Assembly: GCA_963754315.1 (NCBI GenBank)
Contig: CAVWFS010000007.1
Span: 192,001 to 256,000, forward strand
DNA from: an uncultured Candidatus Rokubacteria bacterium
GTDB taxonomy: Bacteria; Methylomirabilota; Methylomirabilia; Rokubacteriales; CSP1-6
DNA: 64,000 nt
Reading direction: 5' to 3'
The translations under genes and the position numbers were made by a program. Below are positions 20,826-30,902 of the stretch, in pieces. The notes beneath the pieces were generated by a model. That model was not told where the DNA came from, did not search any database, and worked only from the letters and a program-made list of their open reading frames with translations. The first letter of the stretch is position 1; each line of letters opens with the position of its first letter.

Positions 20826-21732
20826 GAGTCTGGAGCAGCTCGTCCTTGTTCATCTTCGCCACGTCGAGACCGGGCATGGCGTCGCCGAGCTCCTCGCTCA
20901 CCCGTGCGAGGACGTCGGCGTCCTTGTAATGCGTGGTGGCCTGCACGATGGCCTTGGCGCGCTTGGCCGGATCCGACGACTTGAAGACCCCGGACCCCAC
21001 GAAGACGGCCTCCGCCCCCAGCTGCATCATGAGCGCGGCGTCTGCTGGTGTGGCCACCCCGCCCGCCGAAAAGTTCGGGACGGGAAGCCGCCCGGTCTTG
21101 GCGATCCAGCGGATGAGCTCATAGGGCGCGCCGAGGTTCTTGGCCTCAGTCATCAACTCCTCGGGGCCGAGGGAGGCGAGGCGACGGATTCCACCCACCA
21201 CGGCTCGCATGTGACGGACGGCTTCCACGATGTTCCCGGAACCGGCCTCACCCTTGGTACGGATCATGGCCGCTCCCTCGCCGATGCGGCGCAAGGCCTC
21301 GCCGAGGTCACGCGCCCCGCACACGAAGGGAACCCGGAAGGCCATCTTGTCGATGTGGAAGTGCTCATCGGCTGGCGTCAGGACCTCGGACTCGTCCACG
21401 AAGTCGACCCCCAGCGATTCGAGGATCTGCGCCTCGACGAAGTGGCCGATACGCGCCTTGGCCATCACCGGGATGGTTACGGTCCGTTGAATCTCACGGA
21501 TCTTGGCCACCGCGGCCATCCGCGCCACGCCACCTTCCTTGCGGATGTCGGCCGGCACGCGCTCGAGCGCCATCACCGAGGCCGCGCCCGCGTCCTCGGC
21601 AATCTTGGCCTGCTCGGCATTGGTGACGTCCATGATCACGCCACCCTTCAGCATCTCGGCTAGGCCGATGTGCTTGCGATCCGCGATACGTAGCTCGCCC
21701 AGTTCAGTCATTGTGGTCTCCTTTCTCGACAT
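20815..21732 (-). CDS. pdxS: PLP synthase lyase subunit (start may be 21711)
   Basis: [31 protein letters not shown]. Confidence 0.98.
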   Translation of the reverse strand: MSRKETTMTELGELRIADRKHIGLAEMLKGGVIMDVTNAEQAKIAEDAGAASVMALERVPADIRKEGGVARMAAVAKIREIQRTVTIPVMAKARIGHFVEAQILESLGVDFVDESEVLTPADEHFHIDKMAFRVPFVCGARDLGEALRRIGEGAAMIRTKGEAGSGNIVEAVRHMRAVVGGIRRLASLGPEELMTEAKNLGAPYELIRWIAKTGRLPVPNFSAGGVATPADAALMMQLGAEAVFVGSGVFKSSDPAKRAKAIVQATTHYKDADVLARVSEELGDAMPGLDVAKMNKDELLQTRGW

Positions 21733-21734
21733 CC

Positions 21735-23264
21735 TCAGACGACAGGTACGGCGACCCCCTCGCCAGCTCGGCGCCCGAGGGGGCGCCGCTGTACGGCACG
21801 AATCGTCTCGACCAGCCTTCTCACGCCCTCGTCGATGCGGCTCGTCGCCACCGAGGAGAAGGACAGCCGCAAGGTCCGTTCGCCGCTGCCGTCGACGAAG
21901 AACGGATCACCGGGTGTGAAGGCGACGCCACGCTCGATGGCGGCGGGGAGAAGCGCGGTTGCCCGCAGACCGCTAGGCAGGGTGAGAAGAAGGGAGAAGC
22001 CCCCGCGGGGCTCCGTCCACTCTGTCCCTTCCGGCGCCCGGCGCTTGAGCGATCCCACGAGCAGATCGCGCCGACGGCCGTATTCGCGCGCCACCCGCGC
22101 CACGTGGCGGTCGAGCAGACGCCGGTCGCAAAAGCGATGCACGGCCGCCTGGATCAAGGCGCTGGTATGCAGGTCAGCCAGCTGCTTGGCGGTCTGCAAG
22201 CGTTCACGAAGGGCGGCGGGCGCGACGACCCAGCCGAGCCGGAGTCCCGGGAAGAGAATCTTGGAGAACGTGCCGATGTAGATGACCACACCCTCCCGAT
22301 CGGACGCCTTGAGGGGGGCCACGGGGCGGGCGCCGTAGTACAGGCTTCCGTCGAAGCCATCCTCGACGATGGGCACCTGGTGGCGGCTGGCGGCCGTCAG
22401 CAGGCGTCTGCCGGCGGGAGGGGTGATGACCATCCCGGTGGGATTGTGCGCGCTCGGCTGGCAGTAGAAGAGCTTAGCCGGGTGACGCTCGAGCAGCCGT
22501 TCCAGCACGTCGGCGCGCGGACCCTCGCCGTCCCAGGGCACGGCGAGGAGTTGAGCCCCGAACGATCGGAACACCTCCATGGCGCGTGGGTAGGTCGGTT
22601 GCTCGATGGCGATCACGTCGCCGGGATCGAGCAAGGTGCGCGCGATCAGGTCGAAACCCTGCTGGGAGCCGTTCACGATGAGGATCTCCTCGGGACGGGC
22701 CTCGATGCCGACGCGGAGGAGATAGGTGCTCAGGTATTGACGGAGCGGAGGATAGCCGCCCGTCGGATAGTACTGGAGCAGAGCGTCGCCTTCGTCACGG
22801 ATGACGCCGTTCAGCACCTTGCGAAACGCATCAGTGGGGAAGAGATCGCTATCCGGCATGCCGCCCGCGAACGAGATGACGGAGCTAGGCAGACCGGTAG
22901 GCGCGCCGAGAGCTCGGCGCCGCTCCTCGTCGGCCCCGATGATCCGGGCGCTGCGTGAAAACAAACCCGACCAGTCGATAGCGGGCGGACTCAGGGGTTC
23001 CGCCGACGGGGCCGGCGCCGCTCCTTGCCGGGGAGCCACGAACGTCCCCTGTCCCACGTGGGCATGGGCCAGGCCCGCCGCCACCAGCTCTTCGTAGGCC
23101 AGGGAGACGGTGGCTCGGTTGACACCCAGGGTCTCGGCCAGCTCGCGGGTGGCTGGCAACTTCACGCCCGGCGCGAGCAAGCGGGTCTGGATGAGTCGTT
23201 CGATCTCGGCCTCGATCTGGCGGGCCAACGGGATCGGCTTGCTGCGATCGAGCTGGATATGCAT
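21735..23264 (-). CDS. MocR/GabR family PLP-dependent regulator (PdxR-like)
   Basis: w[12 protein letters not shown] plus aminotransferase-like domain [15 protein letters not shown]; adjacent to pdxST. Confidence 0.92.
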   Translation of the reverse strand: MHIQLDRSKPIPLARQIEAEIERLIQTRLLAPGVKLPATRELAETLGVNRATVSLAYEELVAAGLAHAHVGQGTFVAPRQGAAPAPSAEPLSPPAIDWSGLFSRSARIIGADEERRRALGAPTGLPSSVISFAGGMPDSDLFPTDAFRKVLNGVIRDEGDALLQYYPTGGYPPLRQYLSTYLLRVGIEARPEEILIVNGSQQGFDLIARTLLDPGDVIAIEQPTYPRAMEVFRSFGAQLLAVPWDGEGPRADVLERLLERHPAKLFYCQPSAHNPTGMVITPPAGRRLLTAASRHQVPIVEDGFDGSLYYGARPVAPLKASDREGVVIYIGTFSKILFPGLRLGWVVAPAALRERLQTAKQLADLHTSALIQAAVHRFCDRRLLDRHVARVAREYGRRRDLLVGSLKRRAPEGTEWTEPRGGFSLLLTLPSGLRATALLPAAIERGVAFTPGDPFFVDGSGERTLRLSFSSVATSRIDEGVRRLVETIRAVQRRPLGRRAGEGVAVPVV

Positions 23265-23272
23265 GCCCCGCC

Positions 23273-23331
23273 ATTTTGGCGTTGTTTTGATCATCGTCAA
23301 GCGCCAATTGGTATGGTGCGCACCCAGCCAA
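23273..23331 (-). promoter_or_regulatory. Putative pdxR promoter with an upstream palindromic site
   Basis: TTGACG-16-CAAAAT; palindrome TTGG..GGTGCGCACC..CCAA at 23308-23331. Confidence 0.45.
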
Positions 23332-23424
23332 ACTCGGGGCGGGGCGAGGAGCCCGGCCGTTGAGCCGTATAATTACTCCGGGCGGCGACGAGGGCGTGAT
23401 GCCGCCGAATCGGAGGTCGACGAC

Positions 23425-23604
23425 ATGAGTGTGGGCGAGGCGCCCCTGAAGCAAGCGGTCAAATGGCTTGACGAGCAGTTACGCGACAACGCGAACGCGA
23501 CCCGGGCCACGCTCGTGGACGCCGCCTCGCACCGCTTCGATCTCTCCCCTCTCGACGCGGAATTCTTGTACCGGCATCTGGCGTCTCGGACGCCGCGCGC
23601 GTGA
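23425..23604 (+). CDS. Small hypothetical protein (59 aa)
   Basis: GGAGG RBS, MSVGEAPLKQAVKWLDE..FDLSPLDAEFL; stop overlaps next start; TATAAT at 23368. Confidence 0.75.
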   Translation: MSVGEAPLKQAVKWLDEQLRDNANATRATLVDAASHRFDLSPLDAEFLYRHLASRTPRA

Positions 23605-24374
23605 GCACGGGGCATACTCGGCTCGTCCAGGAGCAGTTCGGACGTAGCGCGGACGCTTACGTCGCCAGCGCCGGTCATGCGGGTGGAGACGATCTCGAGC
23701 GGCTGGTGGCGTGGGGTCGGTCCTACCAGCCGCAGCGCCTGCTCGATGTCGCGACCGGCGCCGGCCACACGGCGCTCGCGTTCGCCGGGTTCGTCGAGCG
23801 AGTCTGCGCCTTTGATCTCACCTCCCCCATGCTGGCCGTGGCTCGGCGTTTTCTCCACGAGAGCGGCGTCGTCAACGTGACGTTCACGGTGGGTGACGTG
23901 GAAGCCTTGCCCTTCCGCGGCATCTTCGATGTCGCGACGTGTCGCATCGCGGCTCATCACTTCGCCAACGTGGGCCCTGCCGTGCGTCAGATTGCTCAGG
24001 CGCTGCGGCCGGGCGGGGCCCTTCTGCTTCAGGACATCCTGGGTCACGACGATCCAGCCGCCAACGCCTTCGTGCTCCAGGTCGAGCGGCGCCGCGATCC
24101 GTCACACGTGCGTGCCTACCGTGCGGTGGAGTGGAATGCCCTCCTGCGCGGCGCGGGTCTCACCGTCATGGAGGAGGCCGTTGTCACCAAACGGCGCCCG
24201 TGGGCCGAGTGGACCGGTCGGATGCGCATGAGCGAAGACGCTCGGCGTTCCCTCGAACGATTCGTGCGCGAGGCCCCGGAAGCCTGTCGCGCGGCGTTCG
24301 ACTTCCGTCTGAGCGCGGACGGCGTGGAGTCTTTCACCGATCGAATGATCCTCCTCCGGGCCGAGCGCGACTAA
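23601..24374 (+). CDS. Class I SAM-dependent methyltransferase
   Basis: LLDVATGAGH, GDVEALPF, CRIAAHHF. Confidence 0.92.
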   Translation: MSTGHTRLVQEQFGRSADAYVASAGHAGGDDLERLVAWGRSYQPQRLLDVATGAGHTALAFAGFVERVCAFDLTSPMLAVARRFLHESGVVNVTFTVGDVEALPFRGIFDVATCRIAAHHFANVGPAVRQIAQALRPGGALLLQDILGHDDPAANAFVLQVERRRDPSHVRAYRAVEWNALLRGAGLTVMEEAVVTKRRPWAEWTGRMRMSEDARRSLERFVREAPEACRAAFDFRLSADGVESFTDRMILLRAERD

Positions 24375-24380
24375 CCATAT

Positions 24381-24601
24381 GGGGGGCCTCGAAAGGGCCC
24401 CCCAGGCCCCCCGACGTTCGGAGTGCCCCGGGGAACCCGTGGCACCCCTCTGGATTACGCCAGCCTTCTGGGGCCTCGGCGGCCCCCCGATCCCCTGGGG
24501 CCTCGAAAGGGCCCCCCAGGCCCCCCGAACGTTCGGGGTGCCCCGGGGAACCCGTGGCCCCCCTCTGGATCATGCCAGCTTCGGGCCTCGAAAGGGTCCC
24601 C
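24381..24601. repeat. Cluster of GC-rich palindromic (REP-like) direct repeats
   Basis: ~84-bp unit at ~24383-24466 and ~24497-24581, partial third copy at 24583-24601; each starts with a GGGCCTC-GAAA-GGG(C/T)CCCC hairpin. Confidence 0.85.
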
Positions 24602-24613
24602 GATCGGAACGGA

Positions 24614-24907
24614 TCAGGACGCCTCCGGGCGCTGGGGATGTATGAGCACGAGCGTTGCTCCCCAACCACCGCGTTCGGGCGGCGCGTCGATGTGGGCGGC
24701 CACCAAGGGGTGGCGGGCCAGGAGCGCGCGGACTGAGGCCCGTTGCGCTCCGGTCCCTCGCCCGTGGATTAACCGGACTTCCCGGAAGCCTTGCGCCTGA
24801 GCAGCACGCAGGTACTCGTCGACCACCGAGCGAACGTCGGCCGGCGCGAAGGCGTGCAAGTCGAGTGCGTCCTCGATGGGGATGCGAATCGGCTCGTCGG
24901 TGTCCAT
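24614..24907 (-). CDS. Stand-alone Smr/MutS2 domain protein
   Basis: LDLHAF, RLIHGRGTG, GGWGAT. Confidence 0.9.
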   Translation of the reverse strand: MDTDEPIRIPIEDALDLHAFAPADVRSVVDEYLRAAQAQGFREVRLIHGRGTGAQRASVRALLARHPLVAAHIDAPPERGGWGATLVLIHPQRPEAS

Positions 24908-25008
24908 CCGGCGCGGGGTCGAGGCGCCGGCTACAGGCGCGGTCCGGCCATCACGTGCTGCTGCCAGTGCTCGAAGCTCAGGAGATCCTCCCCCGAGAGC
25001 TTGCACTG

Positions 25009-25410
25009 TCAGAAGGTCGCAGCACGCTCGAAGAATCCCACATCGACAATCCCCACGCCTTCCGCGCGCGCCGTCTCGGCTACCTTCTGGGTCACCATCT
25101 GGCGCACGAAGGGGATGGGGATCCGTCCCAGCCGGTGCAGCACGTCGTCGGTGCAGCGGATCCGCGTTCCGGGGAGGACGGGACCCTCGACCACCGCGTC
25201 GGGCTCCTCGTGCTCGCACGAGTGAGGCACCAGTTGCTGGAGCCGGAGCGATACGTAGTCGGTCACCCAGCTCTGAAGGTGGCCCTTGGCCGCCTCGGCA
25301 TCCACCGCGGTGCGGTCGACCTTGTCTCCAAGCGAGAGGAGCAGCTGTTCCAGGCGGGCCAGCCGCGACTCGAGCGTCGCCAGCCGCTGATCGAGAATGG
25401 GGTCAGTCAT
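25009..25410 (-). CDS. Hypothetical protein: coiled coil plus C-terminal PCP_red-like domain
   Basis: LHRLGRIPIPFVRQMV..AETARAEG resembles the protochlorophyllide reductase C-terminal domain. Confidence 0.7.
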   Translation of the reverse strand: MTDPILDQRLATLESRLARLEQLLLSLGDKVDRTAVDAEAAKGHLQSWVTDYVSLRLQQLVPHSCEHEEPDAVVEGPVLPGTRIRCTDDVLHRLGRIPIPFVRQMVTQKVAETARAEGVGIVDVGFFERAATF

Positions 25411-25455
25411 GCCTCGGTGTCTCCCGTGATGCGTGCAGTGTCGAGGAGCGGAATG

Positions 25456-26874
25456 TTAGGCCGCCGTCTCGCCCGGCCGCCGGGTGTGCCAGTCGGTCGC
25501 ACGCTGATAGGCATCGGCGACTCTCAGGATCGTGGCCTCGTCGAAGGGACGCCCGATGATTTGCAGTCCGATGGGGAGTCCCTCGGTCGAGAACCCGCAC
25601 GGGATCGAGCACGCCGGATGACCGGACAAGTTGAACGGCCGCGTGAACGCGATCAAGGCTCCCCGTACGTCGGACCGCACGTCGCCGATGGCCACTTGGG
25701 ACTGCCCGACCGGCGTGGCCGTGATGGGTGTGCTTGGTGCCACCAGAACATCACGCCGGGCGAGAAGGCGGTCGATCTCGTCCCGTACCGCTCCGCGGAA
25801 CTGCTGGGCGCGTACGTACTGCGGTCCCGAGATGAATGCGCCCAGCCGCAGCCGCTCACGCACGTCGCGCTGGTAGTCTCCGGGTTGCCGGCGCAGCCAA
25901 GGAGCATGATAGGCGAACGCCTCGGACGCCACGATCGCCGCCGCCGCGGCCGGCACATGCTCGATCGACTCAAGCCGAACTTCGTCCACCACCGCTCCCA
26001 GCTGCTCGAGCCTGCGTAGAGCCTCGCCCACTGCGGTCTGCACCGCCGGCGCGGCGGCTTCGAGGAAATCGGCGCCTAGAGCTCCCACGCGCAACCCCGT
26101 GATGGTGCCGGTCAGGGCCGCCCTGTAGTCGGGCACGGGGAGCACGCTGGTGCTGGGATCGGCTGGATCGTAGCCGGCCATCGCGGCGAGGACGAGAGCG
26201 GCGTCAGCAGCCGAGCGCGTCATGGGGCCGACGTGGTCCATGGACCACGCGAGGGGAAGCACGCCGGCACGGCTCGCGCGTCCATAGGTCGGTTTGAGGC
26301 CGGTGATTCCACAGAGCGACGCGGGGATCCGGATAGAGCCGCCCGTGTCGGAGCCGAGAGCAATCGGACAGAGCCCAGCCGCCACGGCGGCGCCCGAGCC
26401 CGACGAGGACCCCCCGGCGATGCGATGAACGAGGGGATCCCATGGATTGCGAGCGTGACCGTAGTGGTCGTTGAGCCCCTCGGGGCCATACGCAAACTCG
26501 TGCATGTTGAGCTTGCCCAGCACCACGGCGCCAGCCGCCCGGAGCCGGGCTACCACAGTGGCGTCAGCCTCGGGAACCCGGTCGCCGAGGATCTTCCGGG
26601 CGCCGCCCGTCGTGCGCACGCCCCGAGTGTCGAAGAGGTCCTTCAAGCCGACGGGCACGCCGTGCAGTGGCCCTAGGGCGCGTCCGGCCATGAGAGCCTG
26701 CTCGGCCTCGCGCGCCGCCTCCAGCGCGCCCTCCTCGCAGACCGTGATGAAGGCGGCCAGACCACGGTCGAGAGCCGCAATGCGATCGAGATGGGCACGC
26801 ACGACCTCGATCGGCGATACCTCCTTGCCGGCGATCAGCCGGGCGAGGTCGCCGGCCTCTGCCCACACCAGCAC
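25456..26874 (-). CDS. Amidase signature family enzyme (GatA/AtzE-like); start uncertain
   Basis: GVPVGLKD, GGSSSGSG, GSDTGGSIRIPA. Confidence 0.93.
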   Translation of the reverse strand: MLVWAEAGDLARLIAGKEVSPIEVVRAHLDRIAALDRGLAAFITVCEEGALEAAREAEQALMAGRALGPLHGVPVGLKDLFDTRGVRTTGGARKILGDRVPEADATVVARLRAAGAVVLGKLNMHEFAYGPEGLNDHYGHARNPWDPLVHRIAGGSSSGSGAAVAAGLCPIALGSDTGGSIRIPASLCGITGLKPTYGRASRAGVLPLAWSMDHVGPMTRSAADAALVLAAMAGYDPADPSTSVLPVPDYRAALTGTITGLRVGALGADFLEAAAPAVQTAVGEALRRLEQLGAVVDEVRLESIEHVPAAAAAIVASEAFAYHAPWLRRQPGDYQRDVRERLRLGAFISGPQYVRAQQFRGAVRDEIDRLLARRDVLVAPSTPITATPVGQSQVAIGDVRSDVRGALIAFTRPFNLSGHPACSIPCGFSTEGLPIGLQIIGRPFDEATILRVADAYQRATDWHTRRPGETAA

Positions 26875-26903
26875 TCATGGCGTCCGCTCATCGTCATACG
26901 CGC

Positions 26904-27083
26904 TCAGAGTATCCGATAGTGTGTGGCCGGTTCGGCCGACGCGAGCGGGAGCGCCTCCAGGCGTTCGAGCATCTCGAGCGTCCGCGCAACGACGGGCACC
27001 AATGCCTGCAACTCATCCTGGTTGAGGGCGAGCCCCGCCGCCCGTGCCAGGCTCTCCACCTTCGCGGGAGTCGTCGATTCCAT
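26904..27083 (-). CDS. Small GatC/AtzG-like amidase partner (59 aa)
   Basis: VESLARAAGLAL..EL..EPA pattern directly upstream of the amidase. Confidence 0.65.
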   Translation of the reverse strand: MESTTPAKVESLARAAGLALNQDELQALVPVVARTLEMLERLEALPLASAEPATHYRIL

Positions 27084-27142
27084 GGGCGGGAGAATACCGG
27101 CCTCGGCGCTGGGCGGCAAGGGCCGGGTTAGAATTGAGCGAC

Positions 27143-29008
27143 GTGGCCCTTCTCTTGACTATCCTCACCGATCTGCACGATTCCTCGGCCCGGCGCACCC
27201 TCAGCGCTCTGCCCGGCACGTCCATCCTGAAGGTAGCCCAGGCGGGGAGGGTGGACATCACCGCGACCTGTGGAGGCCGCGGGCGATGCACATCGTGCCG
27301 CGTGAAGTTCGTGGCGGGTCCGATCTCCCCTCCCACGATCATGGACGTGGTCCAGCTGGGGGCGGACCAGGTGCGTGAGGGCTATCGCCTTTCGTGTCAG
27401 TGTCGGCTCGAGGAGTCGATCACAATCCAGGTGGCGCCCCCGCTCGAAGAGCTCTCGTTTCAGATGCTGGATGCCGGCGACCGGACGGGAGAACTCGGAC
27501 GGGTGGCCATCGATTCGGGGCTTGACAAGCAGCTTGTGAAAGTCGCGCTGCCACGCGAGGAGCATCACCAGACCTCGGACCTCGAGCAGCTCTTAGCGGC
27601 CGTGGGGGCCGAGCCCACCGCGGTCGGCCCGAGCGTCTTGGCTGGTCTGCCCCGTGCCCTGCGCGACGATCCCGCCGGCGCGACGGTCACCACCTTCGGC
27701 GGCCGTATCATTGCCGTCGAGCGCGGTGACACGACCTCCATGAAGTTCGGACTCGCCATCGACGTCGGTACGACCAGCGTGGTCACCACGCTCATCGAGC
27801 TGACCTCGGGCGAGCAGTTGGCCTCCGTCTCCAGCCTGAATCCGCAGGCTGTCTTCGGCGGCGATCTCATGTCACGCATCGCCTTTGCCCAGTTCCACCC
27901 GACCAACCTGCGCAAGCTCACCACTCGTATCGTGGGCTTGCTCAACCGTCACATCGCCGAGATCTGCGGGCAGGCCGGGGTATTGCCGAAGTGGATCTAC
28001 AAGATCGTCGTGGTGGGCAATACGTGCATGCATCATCTGCTGCTGGGCATCGATCCGTCCTGGGTCGGTCTTGCTCCCTACGCGCCGGTGTTGCGCCATC
28101 CCCTCGTTCTGCCCGCCCGCGACCTGTTCTTACGGGTGGCGCCGGAGGCTCAGGTGTGCTTGCTGCCCATCGTCGCCGGGTTCGTAGGGGCCGACGCCGT
28201 GGCGGTGGCTCTGGCCACCCGCATTTACGCGTCGCCCACGATCCGAGTGGCGGTCGACATCGGGACGAACGGCGAGGTCCTGCTCGGCTCGCGCCAGCGT
28301 CTCTGGGCCGCTTCCGCCCCGGCCGGCCCCGCCCTGGAGGGTGCTCAGATCCGTCATGGCATGCGCGCTGCCCTTGGTGCCATCGACCGGGTGCGGGTCG
28401 GAGAGGACATCGAGGTGCACACCATCGGGGAGACAGCCGCCATCGGCATCTGCGGGTCGGGTCTCATCGACCTCATCGCCGGGCTTCTCGACGTGGGTGC
28501 GATCGATCCTACGGGCCTCATCCAAGTGGAGGAGCCTGGGCGGTTCCCCCTCCCGCTCCGGGCGCGGATTCATATGCGTGGCGAGGAACGTCTGGTGGTG
28601 GTGCGGCACCCAGGCGAGTCGGGCGCGACGCGTGAGATCGTTCTGACGCAGGACGACGTGCGCCAGGTTCAACTCGCCAAGGGCGCGATCGCGTCGGGGG
28701 TGGCCCTGTTGCAGCATGTGGCCGGCGTCACCGCCGCTGAGATCGAGGAGCTGATGCTGGCGGGCGGCTTCGGCAATTACGTCTCCATCGCGAGCGCGCT
28801 GCGCATCGGCCTCGTACCCGCGCTGCCGGCCTCGCGCATTCGCTACGTCGGCAACGCCGCGTCCCTGGGCGCACAGATGTGCTTGCTCTCCGAGACCGAG
28901 CGGGCCACGTCTGCCCGCATCGCCAGGGACATCGAGCACGTGTCGCTCGCCACCCACCCGGATTTCGAGGAGATCTTCGTGGACAGCATGAACTTTCCGC
29001 CCCCATGA
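27143..29008 (+). CDS. ASKHA-domain ATP-dependent reductive activator of corrinoid proteins (RACo/RamA family)
   Basis: 2Fe-2S CGGRGRCTSC..RLSCQ, DVGTTS, DIGTNGE, GICGSG, LAGGFG, GNAA; start GTG 27143 or TTG 27134. Confidence 0.9.
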   Translation: MALLLTILTDLHDSSARRTLSALPGTSILKVAQAGRVDITATCGGRGRCTSCRVKFVAGPISPPTIMDVVQLGADQVREGYRLSCQCRLEESITIQVAPPLEELSFQMLDAGDRTGELGRVAIDSGLDKQLVKVALPREEHHQTSDLEQLLAAVGAEPTAVGPSVLAGLPRALRDDPAGATVTTFGGRIIAVERGDTTSMKFGLAIDVGTTSVVTTLIELTSGEQLASVSSLNPQAVFGGDLMSRIAFAQFHPTNLRKLTTRIVGLLNRHIAEICGQAGVLPKWIYKIVVVGNTCMHHLLLGIDPSWVGLAPYAPVLRHPLVLPARDLFLRVAPEAQVCLLPIVAGFVGADAVAVALATRIYASPTIRVAVDIGTNGEVLLGSRQRLWAASAPAGPALEGAQIRHGMRAALGAIDRVRVGEDIEVHTIGETAAIGICGSGLIDLIAGLLDVGAIDPTGLIQVEEPGRFPLPLRARIHMRGEERLVVVRHPGESGATREIVLTQDDVRQVQLAKGAIASGVALLQHVAGVTAAEIEELMLAGGFGNYVSIASALRIGLVPALPASRIRYVGNAASLGAQMCLLSETERATSARIARDIEHVSLATHPDFEEIFVDSMNFPPP

Positions 29009-29877
29009 CAGTGGAGCCCGCGCCTTCACCGAGGGCGGCGCCCATCAAGGCTGACATCGTTGGCCGCGAAGCGGGACCGCGACGAGAACGCATCGACGCC
29101 AGATGGCTCATGGCATACGCGGCGGGTGCCGGGGCGCACGATCCGCGCTTCTTCGACACGACCAGGGCCGAGGGGCCCCTCGCCCATCCGCTCTTCACCG
29201 TCTGCTACGAGTGGCCGCTCATGATCGACATTCGCTCCGAGGTCATCGGCGAAGCCGCAGCGCCGTTCAGCGTCCATGCCACGCACCACCTCGTGCTGCA
29301 TCGGTTGCCGCGGGCGGGGGACCAGCTTTCGACCAGGGCGCGCGTGACGGGTGTCTCTCCCTGGCGCTCTGGTACGCTCGTGGTCGTCCGGCTGCTGACC
29401 GTGGATGAGCGTGGAGAGACGGTGAGCGAGACTGACTATGGCTCGCTCTTGCGCGGTATTCCGGTGGAAGGCGTTGCCCCGCCCGTCGAGCCTCGACGTG
29501 GGCGGCGCGAGTCGAGTCCCACACGTTGGAGTGAACCCATCGAAGTGCCCTACCACAGCGCCCACGTCTACACGGAGTGCGCCCGCATTTGGAATCCAAT
29601 CCATACTGACCTGGCCGTGGCCCGCGCGGCAGGATTGCCGGGGCCGATCCTGCACGGCACGGCCACCCTGGCCCTGGCTGTCTCCCGTCTCGTCGAGCGA
29701 GAACTAGCAGGCGAGACCGCGCGGGTGCGGGGCATCGCCGGTCGATTTAGCGGCATGGTGTCCCTGCCCTCCACCATCGTGGTGCGGGCGGCAGAGCGCA
29801 GGGGCGACGGCCTGGCCTTCGATGTGGTGACGGCGGCGGGCACTCCCCTCATCAGCGAAGGGGTCCTTCACCTATGA
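29005..29877 (+). CDS. Double-hotdog MaoC-like protein
   Basis: WNPIHTD..AGLPGPILHG; ATG overlaps upstream stop. Confidence 0.8.
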   Translation: MTVEPAPSPRAAPIKADIVGREAGPRRERIDARWLMAYAAGAGAHDPRFFDTTRAEGPLAHPLFTVCYEWPLMIDIRSEVIGEAAAPFSVHATHHLVLHRLPRAGDQLSTRARVTGVSPWRSGTLVVVRLLTVDERGETVSETDYGSLLRGIPVEGVAPPVEPRRGRRESSPTRWSEPIEVPYHSAHVYTECARIWNPIHTDLAVARAAGLPGPILHGTATLALAVSRLVERELAGETARVRGIAGRFSGMVSLPSTIVVRAAERRGDGLAFDVVTAAGTPLISEGVLHL

Positions 29878-30899
29878 AGCAGATGGGACGACGCGAGCGC
29901 CTCCTGGCCGCCCTCAGCCGCCAGCCCGTCGATCGGGTGCCGTACGCGGTGTGGCGTCATTTCCCGGCGGTCGATCGCTCTCCAGCGGGTCTCGCGCAGT
30001 CGACGCTCCGTTTCCACGAACGCTACGGCTCGGATTTCCTCAAGATCACCCCGGCCGGCGGCTATGCGGTGGCCGCGTGGGGCTGCATCGAAGATACGAT
30101 GGTACAGCCCGATGGCCATCGGCCCTGCGCATCATGCGCGGTGCGCGAGGCCTCCGACTGGACGAAGATTCGAGAGCTGGATCCGGGCTCGGCCGAAGGG
30201 TATGTCGAGCACATCGAGACGATCATCCGGATGGGCTTCGATAGGCGGGTGGGTGATGCCCCGGTGCTGCCCACCCTGTTCTCGCCGCTCTCGCTGGCGC
30301 GCAAGCTCTCGGGGGACCGTCTCAACCTCGATCTGCGCGAGCATCCGGACCGTGTGACGTCCGCCCTGGAGGGCATCACCGCCACCCTCATCCGGTTCGC
30401 TGAGCTGGCTCTGAGCGAAGGAGTGTCGGGCATCTTCTATTCGATCCAGGCGGCGAGCTACCGCCTGCATTCGGAGGAAGAATACGCGCGCTTCGGAGAG
30501 CCCTACGATCGGCGCGTGCTCGAGTCGATTCGCGCCAGGTCGATCCTCACCATCATCCACGCGCACGGCGACCGACTCATGTTCGACCGCCTCGCCCAGC
30601 TCCCCGGCCACGCCTGGAACTGGGACGATCGTGCGACGCCCCCTACCCTGCGCGAGGGGCATGCCGTGGTACCCGGGGCCGTCGTCGGAGGGTTGAACCA
30701 GTGGGCAACCTTGCGGGACGGGACACCGGAACAGGCAGTGGAGGAAACCGACGATGCCATCGCCCAGACCGACGGCATCGGGCTCATCGTGGGCACCGGC
30801 TGCGTCCTCCCCATGAACACGCCCGACACGAACGTGGCGGCCGTGGTCCGCCGGCTCGGCGGACCCCTCAAGCCCCTGCCCGGTGTGAAGCTCGAGTGA
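29874..30899 (+). CDS. Uroporphyrinogen decarboxylase / MtaA-CmuA fold protein
   Basis: RERLLAAL..VDRVP, TLFSPLS, IIHAHG, IVGTGC. Confidence 0.82.
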   Translation: MKQMGRRERLLAALSRQPVDRVPYAVWRHFPAVDRSPAGLAQSTLRFHERYGSDFLKITPAGGYAVAAWGCIEDTMVQPDGHRPCASCAVREASDWTKIRELDPGSAEGYVEHIETIIRMGFDRRVGDAPVLPTLFSPLSLARKLSGDRLNLDLREHPDRVTSALEGITATLIRFAELALSEGVSGIFYSIQAASYRLHSEEEYARFGEPYDRRVLESIRARSILTIIHAHGDRLMFDRLAQLPGHAWNWDDRATPPTLREGHAVVPGAVVGGLNQWATLRDGTPEQAVEETDDAIAQTDGIGLIVGTGCVLPMNTPDTNVAAVVRRLGGPLKPLPGVKLE

Positions 30900-30902
30900 T
30901 TG

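Noticed and set aside
24381..24601. CRISPR array
   Set aside because: Units are long, only about 2.3 copies, without regular unique spacers; no cas genes.
25456..27083. gatCA of the tRNA amidotransferase
   Set aside because: No gatB, and the enzyme has NMHEFAYG rather than the GatA-type DEFAMG.
29874..30899. Authentic hemE
   Set aside because: Lacks the W.MRQAGR signature.
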